Of a DNA stretch of 64,000 nt, positions 38,326-52,010 are shown one piece after another. Within the stretch, counting starts at the first letter, position 1. Every line of letters begins with the position of its first letter. A program made the position numbers and the translations under genes. Origin of the DNA: Takakia lepidozioides (Eukaryota > Plantae > Bryophyta); the NCBI GenBank assembly GCA_030704615.1, contig CM060732.1, positions 33,356,001 through 33,420,000 of the forward strand, given 5' to 3'. The notes under the pieces are model-generated. The model searched no databases, was not told the DNA's origin, and worked only from the letters and a program-made list of their open reading frames with translations.

Positions 38326-40535
38326 GGCCGGGGTTGGAGTAGGAAGGAGGTGGAGCACTGGCTGTTGAATGGAGGAGTCCCCTGGCTGCGAGGCTGGAGG
38401 CTCTTGGAGAGGGGAGAATGGAGAAGACTGCAGTTGAGAAGAACTAGCTGATGAGAGCCGCCCGTTGTTGTACTGAACAAAATTGGTGTTGTTTGTCCCC
38501 TGTTGCGTGTCGATGTTCTCAATGTGCTCCTCTAATTCTGCTTCGAAGATGGCGTGAAGAATAGCAAAACCATTGTGGGAAATGTCTCTCATTCTAACCA
38601 CTGTAGAATTATCTGTAGCCGGCAACTCAAAGGGGGCCGGATGGATCCACTCACCTCTAGAAGAATGCCCTGGAAGCATCAGTTCTTTTTCTTCCATGCT
38701 AGCTAGAATCTGTGTTGAAGGTGAAAGATTGGATCCAAGTCCGGGGCAGTCTTCAATAAAAGCTCCCCACGTGATTCTAGCCTGAGGATTAAGAGCCAGA
38801 TGTGGTTGCCTGTTCCGCAGGAAATTGTTGATCTTGGAGCAAAAGGTGGAAATCGAGCTGCTGTCGATGGGGTTTTTTGCCATAAAGATATCTATGTCGT
38901 GGGCTGTTATCCATAGAGACTCCAAATTGATGCCGTCATTTGCAGTGATTAGAAAAGAAGGGGTGGGAAGTCTCCTGAAAATCATGGGGGTGATGCAGGT
39001 TGACTTGGGATCAGCTAGGGCCGGGTTGTGGGGGCAACCTTTGAGCACCAAAGCTGGAAAGGATTGCTATAGAGGCTCTTAGAGCCAGGGGCAGAGGGGA
39101 GGCTTGGGGCTTGAGGGTCTTACGTCTTTTTGCAGAAACGTTGGGAAGCCGTGGGTTGAGGGGGGACATAAGGGAGTTGTCGTTGCAGGGGAGATGACGA
39201 TTATTGACTCGATATTCTCCAGCCTCTATCACCATGGGGTCGATTTGCTCTTTTCCTTTCCGAGGAGGGATTATCGCAGAAGTGATACACGCCGCTGAAT
39301 CCCAATCCATTGTTGGGCTTGGTCGAGGAGGAGGAGGGGGCGGAGGAGGCACCAAGCGAGATGTATCCCGTCTTAGTGCAGAGGAGGGTGGGATGACCTC
39401 CATAGGAATAGAATCATAAGAATTTTGATAGTGCCGTGTAGGAGAACTCTCCTGAGCTTGGGCAAAGGGGGACTTTTTGCATTTGAGTTTGGGACACTTT
39501 GCTTTGAGATGGCCTGCCTGCCCATAGAAGTAGCAGGCTGATGAAGATGTGTCTTCTGAGAGTTTGACAGAAAAATAGTTACCTTTAGAGTCAATTGGCA
39601 ACCTTAAAAATTGTGGAAGAATGGCATCGTCTGGCACCATCACCACGATTTTTGGAAAGCCGGTGTCATTGACCCTTGAAGCAATAGAAACCCCCTTCCC
39701 CTTCCATCCATGGACCTCCCTAAGCTTTTTGGAGCCTAGCTCGGGGTCAAACACACCCATACATCCTAAGTAGTCTCCCAGGAAATTGCCAATCTCGCGC
39801 AGACTAAATAGATATTGATCCGGGATATATGGTAATGCAATGATTCTCGGGCTCCAGGTTTTGCCATTTTTGTTCCCCATTGCGTTGGACCATGGGAAAA
39901 TGTTCACATTGAAACCAGTGAGGTGAGGGTTGAAGGATAAAGCCTTCTCAGCTGCTTCCTTGGACTCTAGCAGAATTGAGAAGAAGCCCCTTCCTCTTGT
40001 GTGGCAGAAGTGCTGATTAAGGTCGTCCGACCCTCCCAAGTGTTTAATTGCCCAATCTCTAGCAACTATTCTCTTTTTGCCCAGGGAAGTGCAGAAGGAC
40101 CCCTTTTTCCTGGATCACCGCCATCGATCTCTCAATAATTGACATATCCAAGTCGACCAGGGGATCAAATTTGGACATAGCAGCCTGCAGATCCGCCACA
40201 TTCTCAAGTTGCTCCATGACGATGTTTTGAAGATCCTGATGATCCATTTCCCTTGGGGGACTAGAATGATGAAGATCATGATCGAAATCATGATCGTGCT
40301 TAGCGAGATGGTTGTCTGGATGAGGGGAAGGCATAGTCCAGCGCTGAGGGATCTGCGCGCTAGAGCCAGGGCTCAAAGGTGCCCAGGGCCTGGCGCCTCT
40401 AGCTAGCGCTTGGTGTGCTTGGAAAAACCCCGTACCAGATGATGGCTGCACCCAGCGACGCTGGGGGAATCCGGCCTGGCTCGCATTGGCAGCGTGCCAA
40501 GGGGCGCCTTGCAAGGAGCGGGGAATTGGGGCCAT
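38326..40535 (-). pseudogene. L1-type LINE ORF1-like fragment (DUF4283-like region plus degenerate CCHC knuckle)
   Basis: GRGFFSILLESKEAAEKALSFNPH...NIFPW, IPDQYLFSLREIGNFLG, and CYFYGQAGHLKAKCP followed by a proline-rich region; frameshifted. Confidence 0.65.
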
Positions 40536-41643
40536 AGAGCCTAATTGAAAGGGAGAGATGGAGGAGAGGAGGCAAGAGACCCGGAGGATAAGAACCAGAC
40601 AAACTATTACAAAACTAGTGAAAAAACAATTCGAAAGGAAAATAAACAAAAATGGGTGAAGAGAGAGGGATAGAAGATTCGAAAAAGGAAGGGAGCTGCG
40701 AGCTGAAAGGAGAAGGAAGGGGGTCTGCCTCAGAAAAGACGGAAGGGTAACATCATACTAAACAAAGTGCAGGGAAGGAGAAAAGCCTGAGAAACAGAGT
40801 GACAGAATAAGCACAAGAGACCAAACAGAATACAATGCAAGAACTAACAAAAGGATCAACTAGCTTCCAAGCTTAGAAGCCAAGCAGAAAGGAATGGACG
40901 CGCAACAAACAAGAAAGATCAGCAGCCGCAATTGGCATGAAAGGAACAGGGAGACTGAAAGGTAAGGTCTCGCGCAGCTGGGATTGGTGAAGGGTGGTCA
41001 AGCATGAGAAATAATGGGGGGGTCATACTACGATGCTCAACCATCACTGTCCGACAGGAAGCAGGGGGCTTGGAGGTTGACAGATAACTGCGAATGGTAG
41101 CGGGTGACAAGTGGGGGGTTCGGAGTTGAAGACAAGACGGCTTGACGGCTGAGAATTAAGAGGCTTGCTTGGAAATCATTCACGAATTATGATCGCGGCG
41201 AATGAAGGTGAGGATGAAAGGAACTATCGTCCTAGATTGATGTCGCCTCAAACTCAAACCTGACTAGCGGCCAGGGAGAGGAAGGAGTGCTTCGAACCGG
41301 GGTAGAGGGGTGTCTACTGATCGCGCTTCAAGGAAAATAGAGAAACCAAGGAATGAGGGTGTCAACCATTAATGCACCCCATTAACAGTTGCATACTTAA
41401 TTTAGGGTTCGTGTTAGACGAGCTAGTTAGATCCCGAAGGCGCCGCTTAGCCCTGCGGTGCTGCTCTTGTTGAGTTTCCGCCATTTTTTTTCGTCTTAAT
41501 ATTTTTTATAAGTCTTGCGTTTGTAAATTTCTATCCAACGGTTAGTACTAGCTCATTGACGTGTTTACAAAAAAAAAAATAGTCTAGAAATAAGTACTGC
41601 GAATGTATAATTACTCTTGGGATAAGAATTATTAGTTTAGAGG

Positions 41644-41668
41644 TATATATATATATATATATATATAT
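41644..41668. repeat. (TA)n microsatellite
   Basis: tatatatatatatatatatatatat. Confidence 0.95.
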
Positions 41669-42075
41669 TCTAGTGTAAAAATTGCTTAAAGGAAAATCAC
41701 AAAATGGTTTATTATATCCCACCTAATTTTACTATTTAGTCTCTTTTGTGAATATTTGTATTTATTTATTTATATAATTAAGTCTAAAAGATAGAGATGT
41801 ATTTATTTGTTAATAATTTCAAATTGATTATGTTAGTAAAGAACGACCGACTATATCCCAATGACGTTCTTTAATATATAAAAAATAAAAAATAAACAAA
41901 GTACTAGTGCTGCAGCGGAGGGATTTGTACTCCCGATATCGGGCAATCTAGTAACCTTCCTTAACCACCAAATCCGTGTTCAGTCATTGAATCAAACTCA
42001 GTCATCTACATATTTATAATGGGTGTAGCGGGGTCTTAAGAATTAAATACAAGAAAACGAGCTACAGAGGATAAG

Positions 42076-42140
42076 GTGGCCAAAGGGAATTGAACCCTCG
42101 GCCTGCATTTTGGTACTAACTTCCCTAACCACTAAGCCCA
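42076..42140 (-). other. tRNA-like/SINE-like relic with possible Pol III A and B boxes
   Basis: Minus strand reads GGCTTAGTGGTTAGG ... GAGGGTTCAATTCCC...GGCCACC. A weaker similar unit lies at ~41912-41970. No convincing anticodon arm. Confidence 0.3.
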
Positions 42141-42960
42141 AATTCATGTGCTACAATTATAATGTTGCATTATTTACTTTAACACGATACGTTTGAAGGG
42201 AGAACGTTTTATGGTGTCTCTTCAACCACGAAGGGTCACTGCATTCCGCCAATTTCGAACGACATTTTATGGATCCGTGGATTGTTGCGGGCGGTTAGAA
42301 CCTTGCCATGGCATCGGCAAAAATCAGAGGTTATCTTTAGGACAGGAGATGGCTACATGGCTGGGATCTTATGGGCAATAGATAGGGGAAATCATCTGAA
42401 GCTCGGGTCACAAACGAACACTTTCATAAACATCAGGGACAGTGAATCATCGGATAAGCGGTTAGAAACTTTCAGATTCGGCAGTACTTCTCATTGACAT
42501 AGGTAGGTAGCTTTATAAGCTCCTACATGTGAATGTGATTTGACATGTTGCAATAAGCTCGAGAGAACATCATTTCACTCCCGGTTCTGGCTGTATATCA
42601 GGCCATATGATTCATACTTCTGGTTGTTCAAGACTTCTCCTCTTTGACAAAGGTATTTAAATTCCAAGGCAAGATTCCACTAGCCTTTTAAATATCCACC
42701 TTATGCTTCGTTGACTAATTTCAAGAGAAACATTAGGCATTGGTTAGAGAAAAATTCAAGGCTAACTTCCAAGCGGCTTCCAAGCGCTCTTAACTACTCG
42801 TCCCTAGCTGTGCCAAAACACCACCGTCAGTTTCAGAGATAAGTACCCCTGCTGATCAGAATAAAGAACTAAGTATTGAAGATCAGAAGTCTTTTGAGTT
42901 ACAAAAAAAAACTGCTTGTAGACAATCAAATTCATACCCGTTCTGATAGACTGCGCGCAC

Positions 42961-43131
42961 GAACAAGTATCTCTAGAATTGTTAATGACAATGTAAAGCG
43001 TCCAAGGGACATGTCTGAACAGTTGTGTCTTTTCATGTACGAATCGAACAAGTATCTCTAGAATTGTTAATGACAAATGTAAAGCGTCCAAGGGACATGT
43101 TCTGAACAGTTGTGTCTTTTCATGTACGAAT
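42961..43131. repeat. Two-copy ~85-bp tandem duplication
   Basis: GAACAAGTATCTCTAGAATTGTTAATGACA...CATGTACGAATC occurs twice (42961, 43046). Confidence 0.9.
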
Positions 43132-44137
43132 CCATGGTCGCTTGATATTGCGGCACGCACTGCCACCCTCGCACGCCATTCTACGTTATGCAGAAGCTGC
43201 TGATCAGGACCCCTCTCTCGGCCGATTGCTCTCCTCTCGAACACTCTTCACACTGCGTTCTCCAAGATTGAGTAAGCTGATCGTTGAACCGCCGTTCTGC
43301 CTATTATTTTCAACTCCTCGATGGATGCCACACTTTGGAAAACAAAAAATCCTCTGATTCTACTAAACTAACTAATCTTGACAAGGGAGACTAGTAGGAG
43401 AGAGAGAGAAAGAAGGAAAGAGAGAGCGCGAGAGAGGAAGAGAGAGTGAAGGAAGAACAAGAGAGGAACTAGATTGTCCCCGTTCTCTCTTTCGCCGGCT
43501 GATTTATTTCAGTCCGTCGTCCTACATCCCGTCACTTGTTTTGACTACTTTCATCCATCTCTTTCTCCAAAAATAATAAATTACTACTGGTACATTTAAG
43601 CACTGACACCTAGTTAGAGTTATTAATTAATTTTCCCTAGAGTGTACATTAATATAAGTTTTTTTTTTGTTTTAATCCTTCAGATCTGCACCCTCCACCT
43701 AAACGGTCCAGATCGAACCACGTGTTCTTCCTCCATTCATTGTCATCCGTCCAGAGATCCAGCCCGTAATCCATCCATCCATGGTTCCATCCGCTGATTT
43801 CATCCATTTTCATTCTTCCTCATAATTTCCATCCATCCAGGGACATACCAACTTAAATTGATACATGAACCGTTTTAAATCCTCATGAATGTTGCTCCTC
43901 ATCCATGTCACTCATCCATTTGGGAAGTGGGATCGCTACCCTTGATCAACCAATATCCAGCGGTTCACATTTATCCTTGTTTTCCCATTAGATCCCTTTC
44001 CCGTGCTATGTTGAGATCGGGGAGAGGTTCCCATGCTTGAAGTAGCGAGTTGTAGCGTTGTTCTGAGAGTCGTCTACTGGTGAGATCCTCCAGCAAGATA
44101 AGCATATTTGCTAACTTACAAAGACATCGATCCTGAA

Positions 44138-44581
44138 TCATTCTTGGCGTTGAAGACTATTCGATGAGACTAAATCATACCTCCATACCATGTAGCCTCT
44201 AGGGTACTGTCCGCAAACCAAAAGCTGAGTTCCTGTAACTGTCGACTCCTTGTTGGAAACTTCAAAGGTATAATCCACAGGGCAGCCTGGCAGACAACGC
44301 CAACGCGTACTACCGGAATCAAACGCCCACCACTTCCGTGCACTAATGACAGGCTGTACATTGTGTGCAGGACCAGCCAACATGTAAACCCATTCCTCCG
44401 TGATCTCTACCCGTTTGCGAGTCTCAAGGACGTTGTTGCGGCCTTCGTCATCAATCACCGCTAGCGCATTCTGCCATTTCTTACAACCACCTGTCAACGG
44501 TAAATAATAAGAGCGAGGCACCCGTGCAACGCATTCTAGTGTCACATAGTCTGTCAATCCCGGAGTCAAGGAGTTGTCCTT
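44138..44581 (-). pseudogene. F-box/kelch-repeat protein gene fragment (SKIP11-like), truncated
   Basis: F-box-like SLTPGLTDYVTLECVARVPR, then EEWVY..WWAFDS...W..LP..P..F..SNKES..GTQLLV.G...VWRYDL as in plant F-box/kelch proteins. Stops before the kelch repeats; the 5' end is in the gap. Confidence 0.7.
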
Positions 44582-45081
44582 NNNNNNNNNNNNNNNNNNN
44601 NNNNNNNNNNNNNNNNNNNNNNNNNNNNNNNNNNNNNNNNNNNNNNNNNNNNNNNNNNNNNNNNNNNNNNNNNNNNNNNNNNNNNNNNNNNNNNNNNNNN
44701 NNNNNNNNNNNNNNNNNNNNNNNNNNNNNNNNNNNNNNNNNNNNNNNNNNNNNNNNNNNNNNNNNNNNNNNNNNNNNNNNNNNNNNNNNNNNNNNNNNNN
44801 NNNNNNNNNNNNNNNNNNNNNNNNNNNNNNNNNNNNNNNNNNNNNNNNNNNNNNNNNNNNNNNNNNNNNNNNNNNNNNNNNNNNNNNNNNNNNNNNNNNN
44901 NNNNNNNNNNNNNNNNNNNNNNNNNNNNNNNNNNNNNNNNNNNNNNNNNNNNNNNNNNNNNNNNNNNNNNNNNNNNNNNNNNNNNNNNNNNNNNNNNNNN
45001 NNNNNNNNNNNNNNNNNNNNNNNNNNNNNNNNNNNNNNNNNNNNNNNNNNNNNNNNNNNNNNNNNNNNNNNNNNNNNNNNN
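44582..45081. other. Assembly gap (500 N)
   Basis: Run of N. Confidence 1.
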
Positions 45082-48000
45082 CGTACACCCACCCGATCCC
45101 CGAGCGCGGGTACTCCTGCCGGGCCTAGCCCTCTGCGATTCAAAGACGCGTCTTCGAAGGGCAAGTTCAAAGTCTCAGAGATCGACTCGCGTTCTTCGAT
45201 CATGGAGAATCGCCAGCAGGGGTCGGGCCCTTCTCCAGCAAAGTCGAAGAAGAAGCAGCCCGTCCCTCTACTGGCTTCTGAACCGGCTCAGGCCGATTCA
45301 CCCCCCCAACGCGAATGAAGCAGCAGGGTAGAAGACAGATTCTATTGCAGCAGACACCTTCACCTGCAAGGATGAGGAAGCAGAAGGCAATCAGGGCGAC
45401 GGCCGAACAATCTCCCGCAAAACCGCTTCCACGAGCTGAAGCTCAGTTCCTGGAGGATTTCCCGCCTGCAGATGTTGGGGCCGACTCTGCTGCAGCGAAG
45501 GCAATGGGATTGACCGTTGATCTCGATTTGGTACCGGAGGAGGGTGCTGCCGCTGAACGTTCGCAGGCAGACCTCACCACCGATGAGCTAGCAGGCCCGG
45601 AGGAGGCCTCTGCAGTGGCAGAATTGCCCGCACACAGGCCCCAGAGTGCAGCTCCAGTTAAGGATGCTCCACCTGCTCAGCCACTACCGACACCTACAGA
45701 CATGTCTCCGGAGGATTTCAAAAGTGCAGCGGATAAAATGTTGGAGGAGACACACAGTAGCATTGGCAGAGTTCTGGGCAGCAGGGTATTCCAGCGGACT
45801 CTTCGAATCCCACTCTGTCGCATGGTCTCCCTTCCCATCGTCAGGCAGGCCCTTCCGGAGATGTGGATAAGCTCAAGTTCGCATTTCGAGAAGGGTACCG
45901 TCTGGGATCGGCAGCGTTTTACGTTTCCATAGAGAATGAGGACGGCGAAACCCGTGGACCCACTGCCGATGAATTGTCAACGTGGGATACCCACTGGCAC
46001 ACTCGCAACCACGAATTCGAGGCGACGCTGAAGGGTGATCCCGACTTCGGCCATATGTCGGGAAAAATGTTCTTTGTGTGGGACGGGAATCACCGACTTC
46101 TCGCCTGCTGGGAGTACATCAAGCAGAACCATGCCAAGCACATTGGCTGGCATTACATGGTGGAGTGTGTCATCCTCAAGGTGAAGGCGGCAGACTCCTC
46201 CCTCCTCAAGAATGCCATGGCGGACCTCAACTCGTAAGATACTCATACCCTCCCTAGCACATTCGAAATGCGGTGCCGCATTTCGGTTTCCATTCTGGTT
46301 TGATTCCGTGCTTCCGTGTACTGAACTGGAGAGTGTGCCTTGCAGGGTCACTGAGAATGCGTACGTGCATACCCACATGGCACATATGCTGTACAGGGTG
46401 AGGAAAACTGGTCTTACTGATCCGCAGATGTTTGCGGAAATGCTGGAGCCGGAGCTCATTCAGAAAGCCGTTGCAAAAACAGACCGGACATGGTATCGTC
46501 TCACTATGGATGGAATGGTGGAGGTGATATACGAAGTAAGTCGTGCTCCAATTTCCCTCTGCTCATCCTTCCCCAATTTCCAGTAATGTTTCCACATGAA
46601 TCGAATGTAACGCTTCTGCATGTTTTTGTTGGCAGTCAAACATCAAGCTGGATTTGGCCCATGCCAAACGCTTCTTCATGGAAAGTGAGGGGCAGGTGAA
46701 AACGTTGCAGTCATTGACTGAGCACTTGAAGGAAGCCGGTGTCAAGTCCAGAACCAAATACAAGTCAAAGCTTGTGAAGCTGGTGGCAATTGCAGATCCG
46801 GCACTTGGAAAGGACTTCATCCCCGAGATTGCAAAACACTATTCTCGGGCCATGCAGCCGACCATGCAATTGGAGAAACTGCATCACCTCTCAACGGCAT
46901 GTGTGGAGGCAAAAGAGAAGGTGAGGTTTCAATGCACTGAATTTCCTTCCTAGCAATAGCCACTCTCTTCCAGCCACTGACATTGGATCGGAAATGGCAG
47001 ACACGGTGGCTGTCGATCTGGAATGCATCCGAGAGCATAAGGACAATGTGGTCTTTTCCACTGGAAGTTTCCGACCCTGCAGTGGATGTGTGGCTCAACC
47101 GTATGACTTGGTGGTTCCAGGTAATTCAAGGTACTTCCCCAGATTTGCTTTTCTGACATGAATTCCCTGAACTGCTACGTGACAATGCATTTGGGAATGG
47201 CAGGTAATGTCGAATGCAAAGGAGCAAGTCGTAATGCACACAAATTCGTTCGGCTTGTACGTCAAATGGGATGGAACACAGACATTGGAAGACTACGTGA
47301 CACGTTTCAGATGTGCGTACAAGGACAACCTTTTCGCCAGAGAGCTACAGAGAGCAAGAAGGAGCGTGGAGTTTACACATCAGGAGGGAGCGGGGAAAGC
47401 TGCAATGCGAATTGTTTACAGGTGAAGCACAGCTGCCCTTGTATGCGAAGCCTGGTTACGAGGTTTGTCTCGGAAATGCGGCACCGCATTCGCATTTTAT
47501 GTTTTCGGTGGCACTCTGCCAGTAGGTTGGTCTCAAGTTTTGCTCACGCATGCTGACTGCCTTGCAGGTATATGAAATACGTGCTCCTTCAGACAGGGGC
47601 CCTGGCTCAAGAGCCCCGTTCTTCATGGCTTGGACCGTGGCGGGCCCAAGCTGTGTCTACACACCCGAGATGCAGAAACAATGGCATCCCGCGCATCTCG
47701 TTGGATGCCCGTGGTACCTGGACATGTCTGGCGGTATTGTTGACGAGTCTGAGAAAGATCTGCACGCCTTGGCAGAAGAGAAGAGAAAGGAAAGACGTGT
47801 CCCTGCTGGGCCAAAGTCGGCAAAGGAATCTGCTGCTCTGGAAGAATCCAGAAAGGCAGCTGAGATGGCACAAAAGACGGTGGATGCAGCTGTGCAGGCC
47901 CAACAGAAGGGGTCGAAGAAGAGGACTCGCCAGCAAGGAGCAGCTGTTGTGACACCCGCCAAAACGAAGAAGCAGAAACAGCCTGTTCAGGAAGAGGGTG

Positions 48001-49916
48001 AGGAAGAGGACTCCGATGGAGACTTTGCAACCAGCCCACCCCCCAAACGCAGGCTGCCTCCCCTGTGCCCACCGTTGTCACCAGAGGCACGAGAACTGGC
48101 TCGGCAAAGAAGGCACTCTTCAACCCCCCAGGGGGGCACCCTTTCGAGCCGGTGGAAATGAAGAGGCCGAAAGTGGCTCCCGAAACTGTAGTCCAGTGTG
48201 TAAATGAGAGTTTCTTGGCGGCTTTGGATGGACGGGCAGCCAAGTTGGCATACATGAAGACCATGGAGGGTCTGAAGGGCAGAGCACTGAAGAAGGCGAC
48301 TGCCGAAGAGCCTTCCGACACCCCAGGATTTCAGAATATGGTCTCGTTCTTTGAGAGGGTGTGTGCAGACAAGGATTGTAGGAGGGGCGGAAATGCCACC
48401 GAGTGGTCTTGCGATATGATCATCTTGGATATTCCGGACGGAGAGCCTGTGGAAGGACTGCAAGCTTTGCCATCTTGGAACAGGTACTCGGAGGACTTTT
48501 GGAAGAAAGGATTCGGGCTTGCCCGCATGGTGTTGGACGACAGAGGCTGTGTGGTTGTCCTGGCGAGCAGAGAAAAAACACTCAGACAGGAATTGCGAAG
48601 TGGACCCGCAAGAGCGCCGTCCCGATTCTGAAAAAGAAGTGGACGTGCATCAACACACTGGGCCTTCGGTCGGAAGGGAAGAAGGTGATTACGACACTGG
48701 CACTCGTCCATTTATTTGCTTGGGTGCTTTCAAATGCGGTGCCGCATTCGGTTTCTAATCGTTTTCCCCTGTGTATGCGACGAAGCAGTTCGATGCATAC
48801 TGCTTTGTGAAGGAAAACTCCACCTTTGCTTTCCGGAAAGAGGGAGGAAAGGTTGACCCGAACTGCGACCCACTCGATTACGACGTTATGTTCAACAACG
48901 TTCCCAAGGAACTTCTCCCTCATAGCCTCACTTCAACGGAACCCCTGCGGTACTCACGGACTCGGAGCCCTGCCTTCATTCAGACAATTATGGAGACATG
49001 CACAGACGTGGAGGGCACAGTGCTGGACCTCATCTGTGGGACAGGTATGCAGAATCTTGATCTCTGCTGTTCTGCAAATTCTCGTTAGGATGTAGTTCGC
49101 AACATCTGAAGCGCCATGTGGTAATGTGTGGATGGCATTGTAACAGGTGCCTCAATGTGGGCTGGGCGGTTTTCCGACCGGCACCTCTTTGCCTACGAGG
49201 AGGATTCATCCGTGTGGGGATCCCATCTGGAGGGGCTGCAACGGAATGTGAAGGCTCCCGACAGAGCGGAAGTCTCCTCGGATTCGTCGGAGTCCGAGGA
49301 AGACACAGTGGACATTGATGCAGAGGAGAACCCGGAATACGAGTGAGTGCAAACATTGTAAGTTTGCAAAGCCTTCTGGGTCATTTATGTCAAAGGAATT
49401 TCCCGACTGTGGTTCTCATTAGTCTCGTTGATGATTGTCATGTGCAGGATTGCAGGGTCCGGGTCGAAACATGTAGGGCCTACACTTCCTGCCAGGAAGA
49501 ATGTCCCGTTCTTTGCGAGGGCCGACTTCATGACGAGCCCGGTGAGGGACTACTCCCTTCCTAGTTATGCAGCTAAACTCGCAAATACAGCGATTAGAAG
49601 AAGTGAGAATCCCAGTAAAGTAGAGCAGATTTTGGAGAGGGCTAGGGAGGACAGAAGGATAAGGAAAGAGTTGGCAGCAGCTCAGACAGGTAGACGAGTA
49701 CGAAAGTACATATGTGATTCAGCGGATGAGAGCGACGCAGACAGGGAGGAGGACGACCCAACGGAGGTGAGATGGACAGTTCCGCAAGGGGAAGATGGGA
49801 TTTTCGAAAGCCTGGCCAACGAGCAGTCCGCTGGAGATGAGAGAGGCACTGAGGGGGTGGAGGAGGAGCAGGACAGTCTAGAACAGGATGAGGATTCCGA
49901 TGATTTTCAAGATTAA
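45082..49916 (+). CDS. ParB-like/amino-MTase-like gene, copy 3 (5' end in the gap)
   Basis: DGNHRLLA 46082-46105; DIPD 48428-48439; DLICGT 49026-49043. GT-AG introns e.g. 46234-46345, 49045-49146, ~49343-49447. Stop at 49916. Confidence 0.75.
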
Positions 49917-51446
49917 TAGAATTTTAATGAAGTCTCTGTAAATGTAAATTCTCTTCCAGAGTATATAAAGAAAATTCTGCCCGACATTCGTGACCCCTCT
50001 CCAGTGTGCATTCCAGCCACACAATCGCCCAAACCAGGACGCTCCCAAAATCAGAAATGGGTCAGGGCATTTCCAAAATTTTGGCAACTCTAAGAACCTC
50101 TTTTGGAAATGCGGCACCGCATTTCCAAAACAGGGGAGGGACTAATTTATCCATTTCAATGTTGGCATAGTAAAAAGTAATCTGAATTGGGAATGCGGTG
50201 CCGCATTTCCAAAATTTCCTTTGTCCACACGCCAGTTTTGGCCTCTCCCGCTCATTGCATGGATGCCACCACGCTTACAGAGGTCGAACAAGGAGGTCGA
50301 ACAAGGAGGCCGACATGGCGGGATTGGAAATGCGGTGCCGCATTTCCATATTGGGGATGGTGGTTGTTCGAACTGCAGACCCATCAGCAAAAACTGGCAC
50401 CGCATTCCATTGTAAAAAAAAAGTCGATGACGGACATGGAAATGCGGCGCCGCATTTCCAGAACGGACATCGCAATTTGTCAATTTGCAGACCCTCTCTC
50501 GGAAATGCGGTAACGCATTCCATCGCGCTGGTCGGAAATAGGTGCACTTTTCGAAGTGTTGGACGGAAATGCGGCACCGCATTCCCTTGTCCAAAAAGAA
50601 GTTTCCATTGCCAATCTGGAAATGCGTCGCCGCATTTGCAATGCCAACCTCGTTTTCTGATCAATTTATAGACCCGTGTTGGTATTTCGTGTACCTGGAC
50701 GGAAATGATGCACCGCATTTTCTTGTCCCACATGGAAATGCGGTGCCCCATTTCGATGCGGACATGGAAATGTGGCGCCGCATTTCGATGCCGACATGGA
50801 AATGCGGTGCCGCATTTCAATGTCCGACATGGCGTTACTCTGGTATATTCTTGACACATGACTCACATACCGGTTACTCTGCTTTATTCAACCAGACAGA
50901 CAAATTGTAGAAATGAGACATCAAATTGTAAACAGTGGGCCAAATCCGAGAGTTATTCAACACAATGAAACACAGTCATACAGAAGTGAGGTACATTCCA
51001 GGGCACACTCCAGGGCACATTTAAATTTCCCCCGTACAGGATCCTGGACCGATGAAGATTGGCTGCTGCATGAATGTAGCCGTTTCAGTTTCCTACCCTG
51101 CCATGCAAACTATGGGCAGTCACTGCCAGGTGGGCCGATAGCCACTGGACACGACGAAGTCCATCCCCTCTTCGATGTAAATGCGGCGCCGAATTTCCAT
51201 CCGGGGGGATGGACTTCGGTGGCAGATCTCAAACTATAACTTGTTGATGAGAAAGATGTATGGCTTCATCCACCGCTGGCGTGATGAACACGTTCCACCT
51301 CCGTCGGTGGGTACGTGTGACCCAGATGCTCCATTTTGGAGGCCGGACTGCTCTTCCGCTTCGTATCATTTCCAAAATCTAAGGGCTTCGTAGCTGTCCG
51401 CAAGGTCATCGGCATCCAAGTCGTCCTCAGGTCCTCCTTTGCAAGG

Positions 51447-52010
51447 ATGCCGTGCTTCCGGAACCGGGACGACTGCCCCTTTGGAGGCATCGATTATGCA
51501 ATGTATTCGGCCACATCGGGAGACATTGTTATCTGGTACACAGATTACACAGAAGATACTGGTTCGATTGTGGAAACATTGGTGGCTTTTGAGTATATCG
51601 TAGGCCACTACGCCTTCGAGCGGGGTGACGATCTTGGTTTGAGGAGTCCGTGGCTCCTGCGCATCCTCGATTCCGATTTTCCCAGCTACGACGGTCACCC
51701 ATGCAGAAGAAGGCGCACTGCTATGCTGTTGCGGTGGAACTGCTGCCACTGGACGTGGGTGGACTCCATCGGAGAGACCTATTCTCCTCGAGGAGTGCGC
51801 TCCTCTTCTCCATTGTATGGGGACATTCGCATTGGTGTGGACGACGAAAACGTGAAGATTTCCATATTCGATGGTGGTATGATTGAAGGGCAGGACATTG
51901 TGGTGAACATCACTAGGGGCGGTACAACGGCTGCAATCGACTTTACATGGAGGAGCCCCAGGACTCATGAGCTAGTTCTGAGAGCAGTCGAAGTCCCATT
52001 GACAACGTGA
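51447..52010 (+). CDS. Cargo protein X1, copy 3 (intact frame)
   Basis: MPCFRNRDDCPFGG...EVPLTT, uninterrupted. Confidence 0.65.
   Translation: MPCFRNRDDCPFGGIDYAMYSATSGDIVIWYTDYTEDTGSIVETLVAFEYIVGHYAFERGDDLGLRSPWLLRILDSDFPSYDGHPCRRRRTAMLLRWNCCHWTWVDSIGETYSPRGVRSSSPLYGDIRIGVDDENVKISIFDGGMIEGQDIVVNITRGGTTAAIDFTWRSPRTHELVLRAVEVPLTT

Noticed and set aside
42076-42140. Functional tRNA gene
   Set aside because: Only A/B-box-like motifs; I could not form a full cloverleaf or anticodon arm.
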